A stretch of 64,000 nt of DNA from a virus. The DNA lies in the IMG/VR virus record IMGVR_UViG_3300028920_000026, positions 1-64,000 of that record, one strand, 5' to 3'. A program made the position numbers and the translations under genes. Below the pieces are notes generated by a model, which was given only the letters and a program-made list of their open reading frames with translations, searched no databases and was not told the DNA's origin. Position 1 is the first letter of the stretch. The number at the start of each line of letters is the position of its first letter. Positions 52,659 through 60,461 of this stretch are shown piece after piece.

Positions 52659-52985
52659 ATGGCAACCAACGGAATCAACAAGGTCCTTTCAATCGTAGTC
52701 CTCTTCGCCGGCGCAGCAGCCCTGGCACTCTCACTCGGGTTCATCAACAACAGCAACGCTCAAGAAGTCGACACAGACGCGCTGTATCCGACACGGGATG
52801 AGGTCACACGCCCTGTCCCCAAGGGTGAGGTCACCATCACATCCATCACTGTCACTGAGCACCCCAAAAAGGTGCCTGCCACACGGAAGGCGTCCTACAC
52901 GAAACCGGTCCAAAAGCGCTGCTTCGAGCACGTCATGGCCCAGCAGGGTCGTCCCAGAGCTCGCAGCGTCATCGTCTGTGAGTGA
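52659..52985 (+). CDS. secreted small protein (paralog of 50235..50567)
   Basis: 108 aa; signal-like 'VLSIVVLFAGAAALALSLGFINNSNAQE'; shares the duplicated ~70-nt leader with its paralog. Confidence 0.55.
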   Translation: MATNGINKVLSIVVLFAGAAALALSLGFINNSNAQEVDTDALYPTRDEVTRPVPKGEVTITSITVTEHPKKVPATRKASYTKPVQKRCFEHVMAQQGRPRARSVIVCE

Positions 52986-52998
52986 TCACCTTCATCCG

Positions 52999-53022
52999 GT
53001 GTCCTCCCCTTCGGGGGAGGAC
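52999..53022 (+). terminator. UUCG-tetraloop hairpin
   Basis: 'gtcctcccc-ttcg-ggggaggac'; after the stop of 52659..52985, overlapping the next CATACT box. Confidence 0.45.
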
Positions 53023-53035
53023 ATACTAAGACCAT
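53019..53035 (+). promoter_or_regulatory. CATACT-N6-ATG start motif overlapping a hairpin stem
   Basis: 'gacatactaagaccATG'. Confidence 0.45.
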
Positions 53036-53212
53036 GGAAACAATCACAGCAAGATCTACACGGTCTTCTGATGCCGAAAGGATCGGCGCACGCTGTATAC
53101 GGCACGCCCAAAGGGGGCCCCACTACTCGTCGAGAGGATCCTCGATGCATGATGGGGCCCCCTTTTTACGTCGAGGAGAGCACACAGAGGGCCCCCTTGA
53201 GAGCCCCCTATG
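53033..53212 (+). CDS. hypothetical small basic protein (59 aa)
   Basis: hairpin + 'CATACTAAGACCATGG'; its 3' end runs into the CCCCCTTGAGAG repeats. Confidence 0.35.
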
Positions 53213-53248
53213 AAGCCCCCTTGAGAGCCCCCTCTTGGGGCCCCCTTG
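53188..53248. repeat. tandem array of ~5 x 12-nt CCCCCTTGAGAG-like units (GGGCCCCC-rich)
   Basis: 'gcccccttgagag ccccctatgaag cccccttgagag ccccctcttggg gcccccttgcat'; two more GGGGCCCC palindromes lie upstream at ~53114 and ~53154; sits at the plus-to-minus strand-switch. Confidence 0.5.
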
Positions 53249-53362
53249 CATAAACCTTTGTGGGGCCTCTGGTGCGGCGGCCAGCGCTTAGGCCGTTCAC
53301 ACACGACACGGGAAATTTCGGCCAGAATTCAATCCTTCTGGCGCATCAAGAGTGGACAGCTC

Positions 53363-53698
53363 TTATGCATAGCGTATCGTGAGGCGACGGTGTTGGAAGG
53401 CAGTGTTTTCAACCGTAGGTTCGTCCTCCTGTTCAGGTTTGATCCTCACGATGTGGTACCTAAAGAAGGGTTCCGCGTTGATGTGACGAAGGGCGCGGCC
53501 GCGCAGGTACGTGATCTCGATCCAGCCTCTCTTGCTGTGTTCGACCCCTATGATGAGGTAGAGGTAGCCTTTGAACTCGTCACCGATGAAGACGTCACCC
53601 GGTCTGATGTCAATCGCTTCGACGACTGCACCAAAGATCGTCCGATGATCACTCACGTTCACCACGCCCCAACACGAGCACGCTCTGGGTGGTGGCAA
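53363..53698 (-). CDS. small PGD-family paralog
   Basis: 'DIRPGDVFIGDEF'. Confidence 0.4.
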   Translation of the reverse strand: MPPPRACSCWGVVNVSDHRTIFGAVVEAIDIRPGDVFIGDEFKGYLYLIIGVEHSKRGWIEITYLRGRALRHINAEPFFRYHIVRIKPEQEDEPTVENTAFQHRRLTIRYA

Positions 53699-53816
53699 AC
53701 GCTTTGACCTTTGTCCTTCTGTATGATGAGAATCATTTCATCGAGTGATTCCACGCACACGTATTCACCGGACAGGCGACCGGCGATGTTCATGTTCCTG
53801 CTCCTCAGCGACGTCT

Positions 53817-54026
53817 TCACGTGCACCTCAATACGTGGTATAGCCCATCCTTCGAGTAGAGGACATCGTAGAACATTCCGTTGTGAAACGCTGTATACCA
53901 GCAGTCGTTTCCGTCGTACATCGAGCTGATCGCAACGATGAACCACTGCATGATCGCTACGTCGTCGGGTCCTGCCCACCCGACGACAAAGTCTCCTGGC
54001 AGGAAGTCACTTTCCTTGGCGATCAT
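53817..54026 (-). CDS. small PGD-family paralog
   Basis: 'DFLPGDFVVGWAG'. Confidence 0.4.
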   Translation of the reverse strand: MIAKESDFLPGDFVVGWAGPDDVAIMQWFIVAISSMYDGNDCWYTAFHNGMFYDVLYSKDGLYHVLRCT

Positions 54027-54331
54027 CGCTCCATCAACGGTTTGATCTTGTAAAAGATCGACTGGAAGCTCTTCTCTGTCCTCTTGGCCGCGGCCTGCGG
54101 GCTCTCACCCGTCCCGTTCGCCAGTGGGTATTCCTCGCTGCGGTCCTTGCTCGTCGGACAGATCGCCGCTGTGTACGTTCCGGGCTGCGTCCCTGGGACG
54201 ACGATCAGCAGCACGTGGTCGAGCCTGTACAGCTGCCTCCCAGCGTTGTCCGTCCTGTAGAACGGGAACGTCCTCTTGCAAAACTTCAGCTCGTCCGGCC
54301 AACCTTCCGGTGCCTTCGGTCTCTTGCTCAT
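54023..54331 (-). CDS. hypothetical protein
   Basis: Start taken at internal 'MSKRPKAPEGW'; its stop overlaps the next start. Confidence 0.4.
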   Translation of the reverse strand: MSKRPKAPEGWPDELKFCKRTFPFYRTDNAGRQLYRLDHVLLIVVPGTQPGTYTAAICPTSKDRSEEYPLANGTGESPQAAAKRTEKSFQSIFYKIKPLMER

Positions 54332-54528
54332 GTGTTTATCCTCTTGACCTTCTTGCCTGCGTCGAACCCGATCAGCTTCACCTTGCCCCTGTGCAGGTAC
54401 AGGATCGGCACAGTGTCGTCGGTGTCTGTGCGTCTTAGCGTCTCCTTCACAGCGAGGACAAGTATGGTCCTCCATGAATTTACCACGATCAGGTCTCCCG
54501 GGAGGCAGTCAGCGGCCAACATCCACAC
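54328..54528 (-). CDS. small PGD-family paralog
   Basis: 'DCLPGDLIVVNSW'. Confidence 0.4.
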   Translation of the reverse strand: MWMLAADCLPGDLIVVNSWRTILVLAVKETLRRTDTDDTVPILYLHRGKVKLIGFDAGKKVKRINT

Positions 54529-55540
54529 GTCCCACCAACCTCGGATGCGGCACGGTGTGCCTGTATGTGTTCACCGCGTCGGCAAGGACGTTGAACGCGG
54601 CCCTTGGATCCTCGCTCGGGTCTGCCCTGTCCCCAAGGGCCACGAGGTACATGTCCGACTCTGCGAGGTTCCACTCTCCCTGCATCAGCCGCAGGCGTCC
54701 CCTCTCGAGGAGCAGGTTCGGCACCCGAGAGTGCCAGATTGCCTCTTCAATGATGCAGAGTGCCTGCTGGACGTTTCTGAGGGCTCCCATCGCCCTCGCC
54801 GCCCTTAGCCGCCCACGCCAGTAGAAGTCTCCGCTCAAAGGTGGGACCTTCAGGAACGCCTTGGCGGCCTCCTCGAACCTGCTCCTGAAGAGGAGCTCGT
54901 CCCCGATGTAGTAGTCCCGGGCTGGGTCGTTCGTCTTCCACGCGTGGAGTATGCGGAGGTTCCTGTCGTCTTCGACCCCGCGGCCTCCGGACGACATGTG
55001 GACCACGCGGAGTGTTCCGGGAGGGACCTTGACGATCGCGGATGTCCGTGGTACGTCGAGGCACTCATGGACGGGCCGGATCCACTTGAACCCGTCGTCC
55101 TTGCGAACGATCCTGTCCCTGTAGAACGCCTGCAGGCACCGGGTTCTATCGCCGTTCCAGCTGTACTCGTAGAGGAGCGCTCCGACGACGGGCCTGGGCT
55201 CGTCTTCCCGCATCTCCTCCAACATGTCGACAACGTAGGGCAGCTTCTTAGGATCAGACAGGTCGTCGTCTGAATCGAACCAAAGCTGCCACGCCTTTGT
55301 TCCTGCGTCGTGTGCCAGAGTTCGCGCTGCACTGAAGTCGGATAGAAACCCATCGCTATCGAGCAGAAATGAGCCATCGATGAACACGTCTGCCCTGTCC
55401 TCCGCCAGCTCGCGCGTTCCGTCAAGTGAACCTGTATCAACAATGACGACTTCGTTTACGTATGGTTGGACCTGGTCGAGCATGTATGCGAGGTTCTCGC
55501 GGTCATCCCTTGCGATGACGCATAGCGACGTTTCGTTCAT
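54509..55540 (-). CDS. family-2 glycosyltransferase (GT-A fold) with helical C-terminal domain
   Basis: Start at 'MNETSLCVIARDD'; 'VVIVDTGSLDGT' (GT2 DxGSxDxT block); DxD 'WFDSDDDLSD'; C-terminal TPR-like helical region. Confidence 0.65.
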   Translation of the reverse strand: MNETSLCVIARDDRENLAYMLDQVQPYVNEVVIVDTGSLDGTRELAEDRADVFIDGSFLLDSDGFLSDFSAARTLAHDAGTKAWQLWFDSDDDLSDPKKLPYVVDMLEEMREDEPRPVVGALLYEYSWNGDRTRCLQAFYRDRIVRKDDGFKWIRPVHECLDVPRTSAIVKVPPGTLRVVHMSSGGRGVEDDRNLRILHAWKTNDPARDYYIGDELLFRSRFEEAAKAFLKVPPLSGDFYWRGRLRAARAMGALRNVQQALCIIEEAIWHSRVPNLLLERGRLRLMQGEWNLAESDMYLVALGDRADPSEDPRAAFNVLADAVNTYRHTVPHPRLVGRVDVGR

Positions 55541-55616
55541 TGTCCACACCCCACAAGGGGCATGAACACGATCCACACGCGTTTGCTTACGTATGCCATT
55601 GTATATGTCTTCTTTG

Positions 55617-55757
55617 TTATGGGCCCGTATCCGTGAGCCAGGTGATAGAAGCGTTACACTTGGTGATGCTGACGTTGGTGCACAACCACATGTGTTCCGC
55701 TAGAACATCACCTGGAACAACATCGCCTGCGTAGATCTTGGATGTTGGAACATTCAT
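55617..55757 (-). CDS. small PGD-family paralog (46 aa form)
   Basis: The C-terminus of ORF 55617..56135 carries 'MNVPTSKIYAGDVVPGDVLAEHMW'; the N-terminal part of that ORF is low-complexity and conflicts with plus-strand ORFs. Confidence 0.3.
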   Translation of the reverse strand: MNVPTSKIYAGDVVPGDVLAEHMWLCTNVSITKCNASITWLTDTGP

Positions 55758-56020
55758 TGCCTGACGACGACCATCATGTCTGTTGGATTGTACGTGATGC
55801 TTGCCGTCGTCCCGTCGCGTTCCAGCCACGTGATCCTGAACCTGATTTTGCTGCGTCTTCCAGCGCTTCCGGCGTTTACGATCGTGCGTTTTACAGAAAT
55901 CGCAAGCCGGTTGATTCCTGCTGCGAGGTCCCCTGGATGTGCGTCCTTTGCCTTGATGTCTACCCTTCCAACAGTAAACCTTTCGCGTGTCGCCTACACC
56001 CGTGTATGGTATCCTGACCC

Positions 56021-56416
56021 ATGCAGACGTTCCTTCCGTTTCCCGACTTCCGGCGTTCTCTCCGGACCCTCGACTACCGTCGCCTCGGAAAGCAGCGCGT
56101 CGAAGGCATGCAGCTGCTCCAGGGTTCGTGGTCAAACCATCCTGCTTCGAAGATGTGGCGTGGGTACGAGTTCCAGCTCGCGGAGTACACGCTGCTTGCG
56201 TGCATCGAGTGGGTGAAGCTAGGCTACAACGATTCCTGCTTCAACAAGGTCATGGCGATTCAGGACACGCTCGAGGATACGAGCCTGCCTCCTTGGTTCG
56301 GGAACGCTGCGTTTCATCGTTCGCACCAGAGCAACCTCGTTCGCAAGATGCCCGAACGCTATGCGTCCCTGTTCTCGGGCGTTCCGGATGATCTGCCTTA
56401 CGTGTGGCCTGTCTGA
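56021..56416 (+). CDS. conserved hypothetical protein ('MQTFLPFPDF...LGKQRVE' family)
   Basis: 131 aa; an N-terminal block 'MQTFLPFPDFRRSLRTLDYRRLGKQRVEGMQLLQ' that I recall from a widespread bacterial/phage family, but I cannot name the family with confidence. Confidence 0.45.
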   Translation: MQTFLPFPDFRRSLRTLDYRRLGKQRVEGMQLLQGSWSNHPASKMWRGYEFQLAEYTLLACIEWVKLGYNDSCFNKVMAIQDTLEDTSLPPWFGNAAFHRSHQSNLVRKMPERYASLFSGVPDDLPYVWPV

Positions 56417-56628
56417 TCGGGCAACGCCTTGATGATTTCAAGCCTCGTCCTCCTCAATGACGAGAACGGGACCAACCGCATACCTACGAGGAGCGTCAGG
56501 TCGACGACCTTGACGTGTGACCTATACACGACGCAGAGCACCAACCCCATGTAGATCTTTGGGCCGTCCTGGATCCTGACGAGCATGTCTCCGGGCTCGA
56601 CGTCGGTTATCGGGATGTTCTTAATCAC
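56398..56628 (-). CDS. small PGD-family paralog
   Basis: 'DVEPGDMLVRIQD'. Confidence 0.4.
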   Translation of the reverse strand: MIKNIPITDVEPGDMLVRIQDGPKIYMGLVLCVVYRSHVKVVDLTLLVGMRLVPFSSLRRTRLEIIKALPDQTGHT

Positions 56629-56863
56629 AAGTCGAAAACACCCTTACGAAGGTGTTTGACGCGAAGAGCGTCCTTTGTACGCTCCCGTCAGTCCGCAGCC
56701 ATAGGACGCTGACGCTGTTGCTTGGACCGTCCACCGTTCCATTGGTGAGCGCCAGCTCCCCCGACGAGAACAACCCGACCCTTAGGTCGCCGGGCAGGAT
56801 CTCCTTCGGTTCCTTGTACGTCGTCCCCTGGAGGAAATCGTCGTCCTCGTCACGTGTGCTCAT
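56621..56863 (-). CDS. small PGD-family paralog
   Basis: 'EILPGDLRVGLFS'. Confidence 0.4.
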   Translation of the reverse strand: MSTRDEDDDFLQGTTYKEPKEILPGDLRVGLFSSGELALTNGTVDGPSNSVSVLWLRTDGSVQRTLFASNTFVRVFSTCD

Positions 56864-57115
56864 CGTTCCATCTGTTGACGGTGTCTCCTCCTAGGAACTG
56901 GCACTCGATCAGGCCAGAACCTATCGTGAGGAGCGATACCCTGATCCTGTTTGGTCTTGGTCGCTTCACGCTGACGACGAGCGAGGGCAACACGAACTAG
57001 AAGACGGTGTTCGTTGCCGTGATCAGGTCACCCGGAACGAGCATGTATGCTCTTGTAGCGTGGAACATAATCAGCTATACTTCAGCGTCTCGTCGTCAGC
57101 GACTTCTGCCTATAC

Positions 57116-57379
57116 TCAGTACCTGAATGGGTACCTGCTCCCTTGGGTCCTGCGCTGTTGGACCTTTGCTCGGACAAACCCGACCGCCTTGCACCCGAGA
57201 TGGATAGCCTCAGCCGGCCAGAGCACGAATGCCAGGATGAAGGTTGCGTAGTACATGAGCGTTTCGCGCAGATCTAGGGCGGGCGTCCTAGGATTTGTGA
57301 ATTGGTACCCTACGATTGCCGCCTTGAGGGTGCCCACGATGAGTGCGCCCGTGATGTAGATCTGTATCAACTGTTCCAT
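57116..57379 (-). CDS. small membrane protein (2 TM)
   Basis: 87 aa; 'IYITGALIVGTLKAAIVGY' and 'YYATFILAFVLWPAEAI'. Confidence 0.4.
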   Translation of the reverse strand: MEQLIQIYITGALIVGTLKAAIVGYQFTNPRTPALDLRETLMYYATFILAFVLWPAEAIHLGCKAVGFVRAKVQQRRTQGSRYPFRY

Positions 57380-57414
57380 CCGAAGATCCTACCCTCGCCA
57401 TGCGTAGAATGCAC

Positions 57415-57678
57415 CTATTGTTCACACCTGATGACTTCGACGTTATCGTAGGCTCCGTGACGCATCGAAACAACCCTACCACGGCAGGTGAGCCACACGA
57501 TCTTAACGGTCGACCTTGCGGGTGCGTCAAACGCCATCGTTTCTAAGACGTACCTTGCGGATGATACGGCGAGAAAGCAACCGATATTTTTGGCCATGTC
57601 ACCGGGCTGTACGTGGGCGAACTTTATCAACACGCAGACCTCAGCACGTAGTACGTCGGCGTAGGGTTGAAGTGACAC
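57415..57678 (-). CDS. small PGD-family paralog
   Basis: 'HVQPGDMAKNIGC'. Confidence 0.35.
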   Translation of the reverse strand: MSLQPYADVLRAEVCVLIKFAHVQPGDMAKNIGCFLAVSSARYVLETMAFDAPARSTVKIVWLTCRGRVVSMRHGAYDNVEVIRCEQ

Positions 57679-57839
57679 TGTGTGACTGTCCCATCGTCCA
57701 TCAGGACGACGTACGTCCCCTGTCGTGGATGGAAACCTCGCGGGAGTTCGATGTACCCTTCTGCTGGGAGGCTGGTGAACGTCATGATGAAATCGGCCTC
57801 GCGCGTGACCTTGTCACGCGCGAACGTACCCGTCGACAA
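57627..57839 (-). CDS. PGD-family-like small protein (degenerate motif)
   Basis: 'FHPRQGTYVVLMDDG'. Confidence 0.3.
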   Translation of the reverse strand: MSTGTFARDKVTREADFIMTFTSLPAEGYIELPRGFHPRQGTYVVLMDDGTVTQCHFNPTPTYYVLRSAC

Positions 57840-57861
57840 TGCGACAACGAGCGCCGTGGTG

Positions 57862-58059
57862 TCACTTCAACCCGGCGATGAACTGTCCGGACACGATGTC
57901 TCTGAGCCTCATTGTCGTCGTATCATACTCTTCCATCTTGTCGATCCTAATCCTACCACATGACTTCTGCACGTACGATGTCACGGGTAGTCCTTCTCCA
58001 ATGTCGTCTTTAAAGATGATTACGTTTCCAGGGACTATGAACCTTCCTCGCTTCTCCAC
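57862..58059 (-). CDS. small PGD-family paralog
   Basis: 'FIVPGNVIIFKDD'. Confidence 0.4.
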   Translation of the reverse strand: MEKRGRFIVPGNVIIFKDDIGEGLPVTSYVQKSCGRIRIDKMEEYDTTTMRLRDIVSGQFIAGLK

Positions 58060-58307
58060 CCGCTTCCCTTTATCATCGACACCTTCGCGTGTGACGCTAT
58101 GCTGCTATGCGCCAACACGCCGTTCGGCCAGATCGCGAAGATGCGCGTTCGCATTGTGTTTATTCGTTCGATCGCAATGACAAGCGCAAGGCTGTTCGAG
58201 TGCGCCGGTATCCAGATGTCTCCTGGTTCGAGCTCAAATGCGTAGTCGAGGAACTTGCCCATGATGTTTAGCTCGGCCGTGTCGGCGTCATGATCCAAAA
58301 AACCCAT
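58035..58307 (-). CDS. small PGD-family paralog
   Basis: 'ELEPGDIWIPAHS'. Confidence 0.4.
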   Translation of the reverse strand: MGFLDHDADTAELNIMGKFLDYAFELEPGDIWIPAHSNSLALVIAIERINTMRTRIFAIWPNGVLAHSSIASHAKVSMIKGSGWRSEEGS

Positions 58308-58492
58308 GCGATCGGTATTGTCGCCGTCTTTACGGCTCCGTTGCCAAGCAACACGACGTCAACGACCTTTTCGTGATTGTTGTCTCCCCAGCGTATTTTG
58401 GATTTCGAGAGCAGGAGCGATGCAACGCCTGATTCTTCGATGATTACGTCACCGGGGCAGGCTATCTCGATCCTCATGCGATCGACGCTCAC
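58268..58492 (-). CDS. small PGD-family paralog
   Basis: 'IACPGDVIIEESG'. Confidence 0.4.
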   Translation of the reverse strand: MSVDRMRIEIACPGDVIIEESGVASLLLSKSKIRWGDNNHEKVVDVVLLGNGAVKTATIPIAWVFWIMTPTRPS

Positions 58493-58628
58493 CTGATCAC
58501 CTCGTACTCTGTTTTCGCACCGAGCTGCATTGCCTTATTCCTCGCCGAGTACTTCGCGTTTTTGATGCGACCGTTTACAAGAAAAGGTCAGATCATCCTG
58601 TACATCAGCGGATTGGCTTTGTTGGACG

Positions 58629-58862
58629 TCACAGCCTGTGTTCCTTTACAACTTTGTACTTCCTGTCTCCGAAGATGAGCGCCCTCATGAGTTGTCCCTT
58701 TTCAAGGTGGACGATGATGCGCGCGTCTGGATTATTGTGGTATATCGCAGGATCGGTGAACACGGCAACGATCAGCTTTGTCGTAGGTACAGCATTACCC
58801 TGGCAGAAGTAGATCGTATCACCAGGAACGAGCTCATCTCCTCTTATCGCCACCGTTTGCAA
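58629..58862 (-). CDS. small PGD-family paralog
   Basis: 'ELVPGDTIYFCQG'. Confidence 0.4.
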   Translation of the reverse strand: MQTVAIRGDELVPGDTIYFCQGNAVPTTKLIVAVFTDPAIYHNNPDARIIVHLEKGQLMRALIFGDRKYKVVKEHRL

Positions 58863-59106
58863 TCACGAGCCTCTTTCTTCCCAACCACCCAGGGACAATG
58901 AACAACACGTCCTGCGTTCTGTTGAATTTCCACACAACGCCGTTTTCGAGCACCAAGAATGTATCGACGATCATCTCATCGTCGACGTTGTATTGGAACT
59001 TTGCAATGAGTAAGAGCGGGCGCAACGACGAATTAAAAGCGAAGAAGATATCACCTGGTACAAGTAATCTTGAACTGATGAATTCCCACTCGTTGGTCGA
59101 AAACAT
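58834..59106 (-). CDS. small PGD-family paralog
   Basis: 'LLVPGDIFFAFNS'. Confidence 0.4.
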   Translation of the reverse strand: MFSTNEWEFISSRLLVPGDIFFAFNSSLRPLLLIAKFQYNVDDEMIVDTFLVLENGVVWKFNRTQDVLFIVPGWLGRKRLVIANGGDKRR

Positions 59107-59274
59107 ATGCTCATCCTACACTGAACCTGCATCGAGTGCATTCGTTCTCACCGTGCATGATAAAGGTGTTGCTGCTCCTCTTTGGCGTCCTATTACTCAC
59201 GTCCAATCATCATCGGGTTGTTCGAGCCCATCGTGTCTGATGATGTAAATGGGCTCGTCATCAGAGAACGAAAA

Positions 59275-59505
59275 TCAAGAGACACATCCGTTTTTTAATA
59301 GAAAGCCAACGATACTGTATTCTTCGGTGTAGTTGCCTGGTCCATACATCACTTTGTGTGTTTCAAAGTACACCGTCAATACGAACTCGAAGATAGAATT
59401 CGTTCTGATGCAATCACCAGGACACAGCTCCCTCGCCTTGACGCGGCTCTCGGTCGGCCAGGTGATCATGGTTTCATAATCGAGGTGCGAACTGATCAGT
59501 TTCAA
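59275..59505 (-). CDS. small PGD-family paralog
   Basis: 'ELCPGDCIRTNSI'. Confidence 0.4.
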   Translation of the reverse strand: MKLISSHLDYETMITWPTESRVKARELCPGDCIRTNSIFEFVLTVYFETHKVMYGPGNYTEEYSIVGFLLKNGCVS

Positions 59506-59695
59506 AGTTGTACTTTTCGATCACGCCGGACGGGAAGAACAGCAGGAACTCGATGCATTCGATTGAGTAGCTGCTGACGATTCCATCGTCGTCTACTTCG
59601 CAGATGAACCCTTCTGCTGCAACGCCAAGCGACAGCCCTCTGAACGTACCTATGACGTCACCAGGTATAATCTCACTTGCGAAGGCGTTGTTCAC
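59474..59695 (-). CDS. small PGD-family paralog
   Basis: 'EIIPGDVIGTFRG'. Confidence 0.4.
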   Translation of the reverse strand: MNNAFASEIIPGDVIGTFRGLSLGVAAEGFICEVDDDGIVSSYSIECIEFLLFFPSGVIEKYNFETDQFAPRL

Positions 59696-60003
59696 TGTAC
59701 GATGATCCTTTCGACGACAAACGTCCCGACATGCGTTTCTCTTGCGATCCTCCCACGCCAGATGTATGTTATGTTGACATAACCGTCATCAAGCAGGATG
59801 ATTTCAATAATGAATTGGATCTCTCCTTCGTTGATGACCGCGTCACCTGGATGCAGGTCACTCGTTTTGACAGTACTCAGCCTGCTTTTCAACTTTGAAT
59901 TCCGCATTGGAAGTGAATGTTGACGTCCTGACGGCACCCGAGCTCGTAAGCCGCGTAAGCGTGATTGACTTCGGCATGCTTCCGAGGTTGTGTCGCATCC
60001 CAA
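59692..60003 (-). CDS. small PGD-family paralog
   Basis: 'DLHPGDAVINEGE'. Confidence 0.4.
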   Translation of the reverse strand: MGCDTTSEACRSQSRLRGLRARVPSGRQHSLPMRNSKLKSRLSTVKTSDLHPGDAVINEGEIQFIIEIILLDDGYVNITYIWRGRIARETHVGTFVVERIIVQ

Positions 60004-60136
60004 GCACGAGCGACCTTCGTGTGTTTGCGGCGCTGAACATCGTCCCGCCCGTCAGGAGGACATCACCCGGTACGATCTCGTGCAGCTCCTTTATGTGGAA
60101 TGATACGTCTATCACGCAGCAATCATACACCAACAC
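59858..60136 (-). CDS. small PGD-family paralog
   Basis: 'EIVPGDVLLTGGT'. Confidence 0.4.
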   Translation of the reverse strand: MLVYDCCVIDVSFHIKELHEIVPGDVLLTGGTMFSAANTRRSLVLGMRHNLGSMPKSITLTRLTSSGAVRTSTFTSNAEFKVEKQAEYCQNE

Positions 60137-60461
60137 GGGGCGTTCTACACACTATGCACATGATGTGTATATGCCGTACAATCGTCGCATGGGTTTCATT
60201 GAGACGGCGTTCGTGCGGGGGTTCGTTTGAATTTCTTATCGCATGGATCATCTGTGCTGTTCTCGGTGTCCTGTTCGACGACGAGGAGCTGGAGGCATCA
60301 ACGTCAGAACGATGATCTCGAACATGTGGCCGATCGTAACCAGCGTCCTCGCTGTTTACACGCATCGAGTGATCACTGTGAAATAAATCAGCACTTCGGT
60401 TGTATACTGTGCATCACGGTGTAACAATCTAGGCACTTATCAGCAACAGGAGGAAATCGAT

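Noticed and set aside
53100-53262. Possible CRISPR array (short GC-rich direct repeats)
   Set aside because: Units are 12 nt, contiguous, with no spacers of regular length, and no cas genes nearby; it is a simple tandem repeat.
54850-55443. 197-aa and 105-aa minus ORFs in alternative frames within the GT2 glycosyltransferase gene
   Set aside because: Same strand but out of frame with a CDS that carries clear GT2 motifs; Ser/Thr/Arg/Gly low complexity.
55617-56135. 172-aa minus ORF taken at full length
   Set aside because: Only its last 46 codons carry the PGD family motif; the N-terminal 125 codons are Arg/Gly/Thr low-complexity and collide with the plus-strand gene 56021..56416, which has a conserved-family N-terminus.
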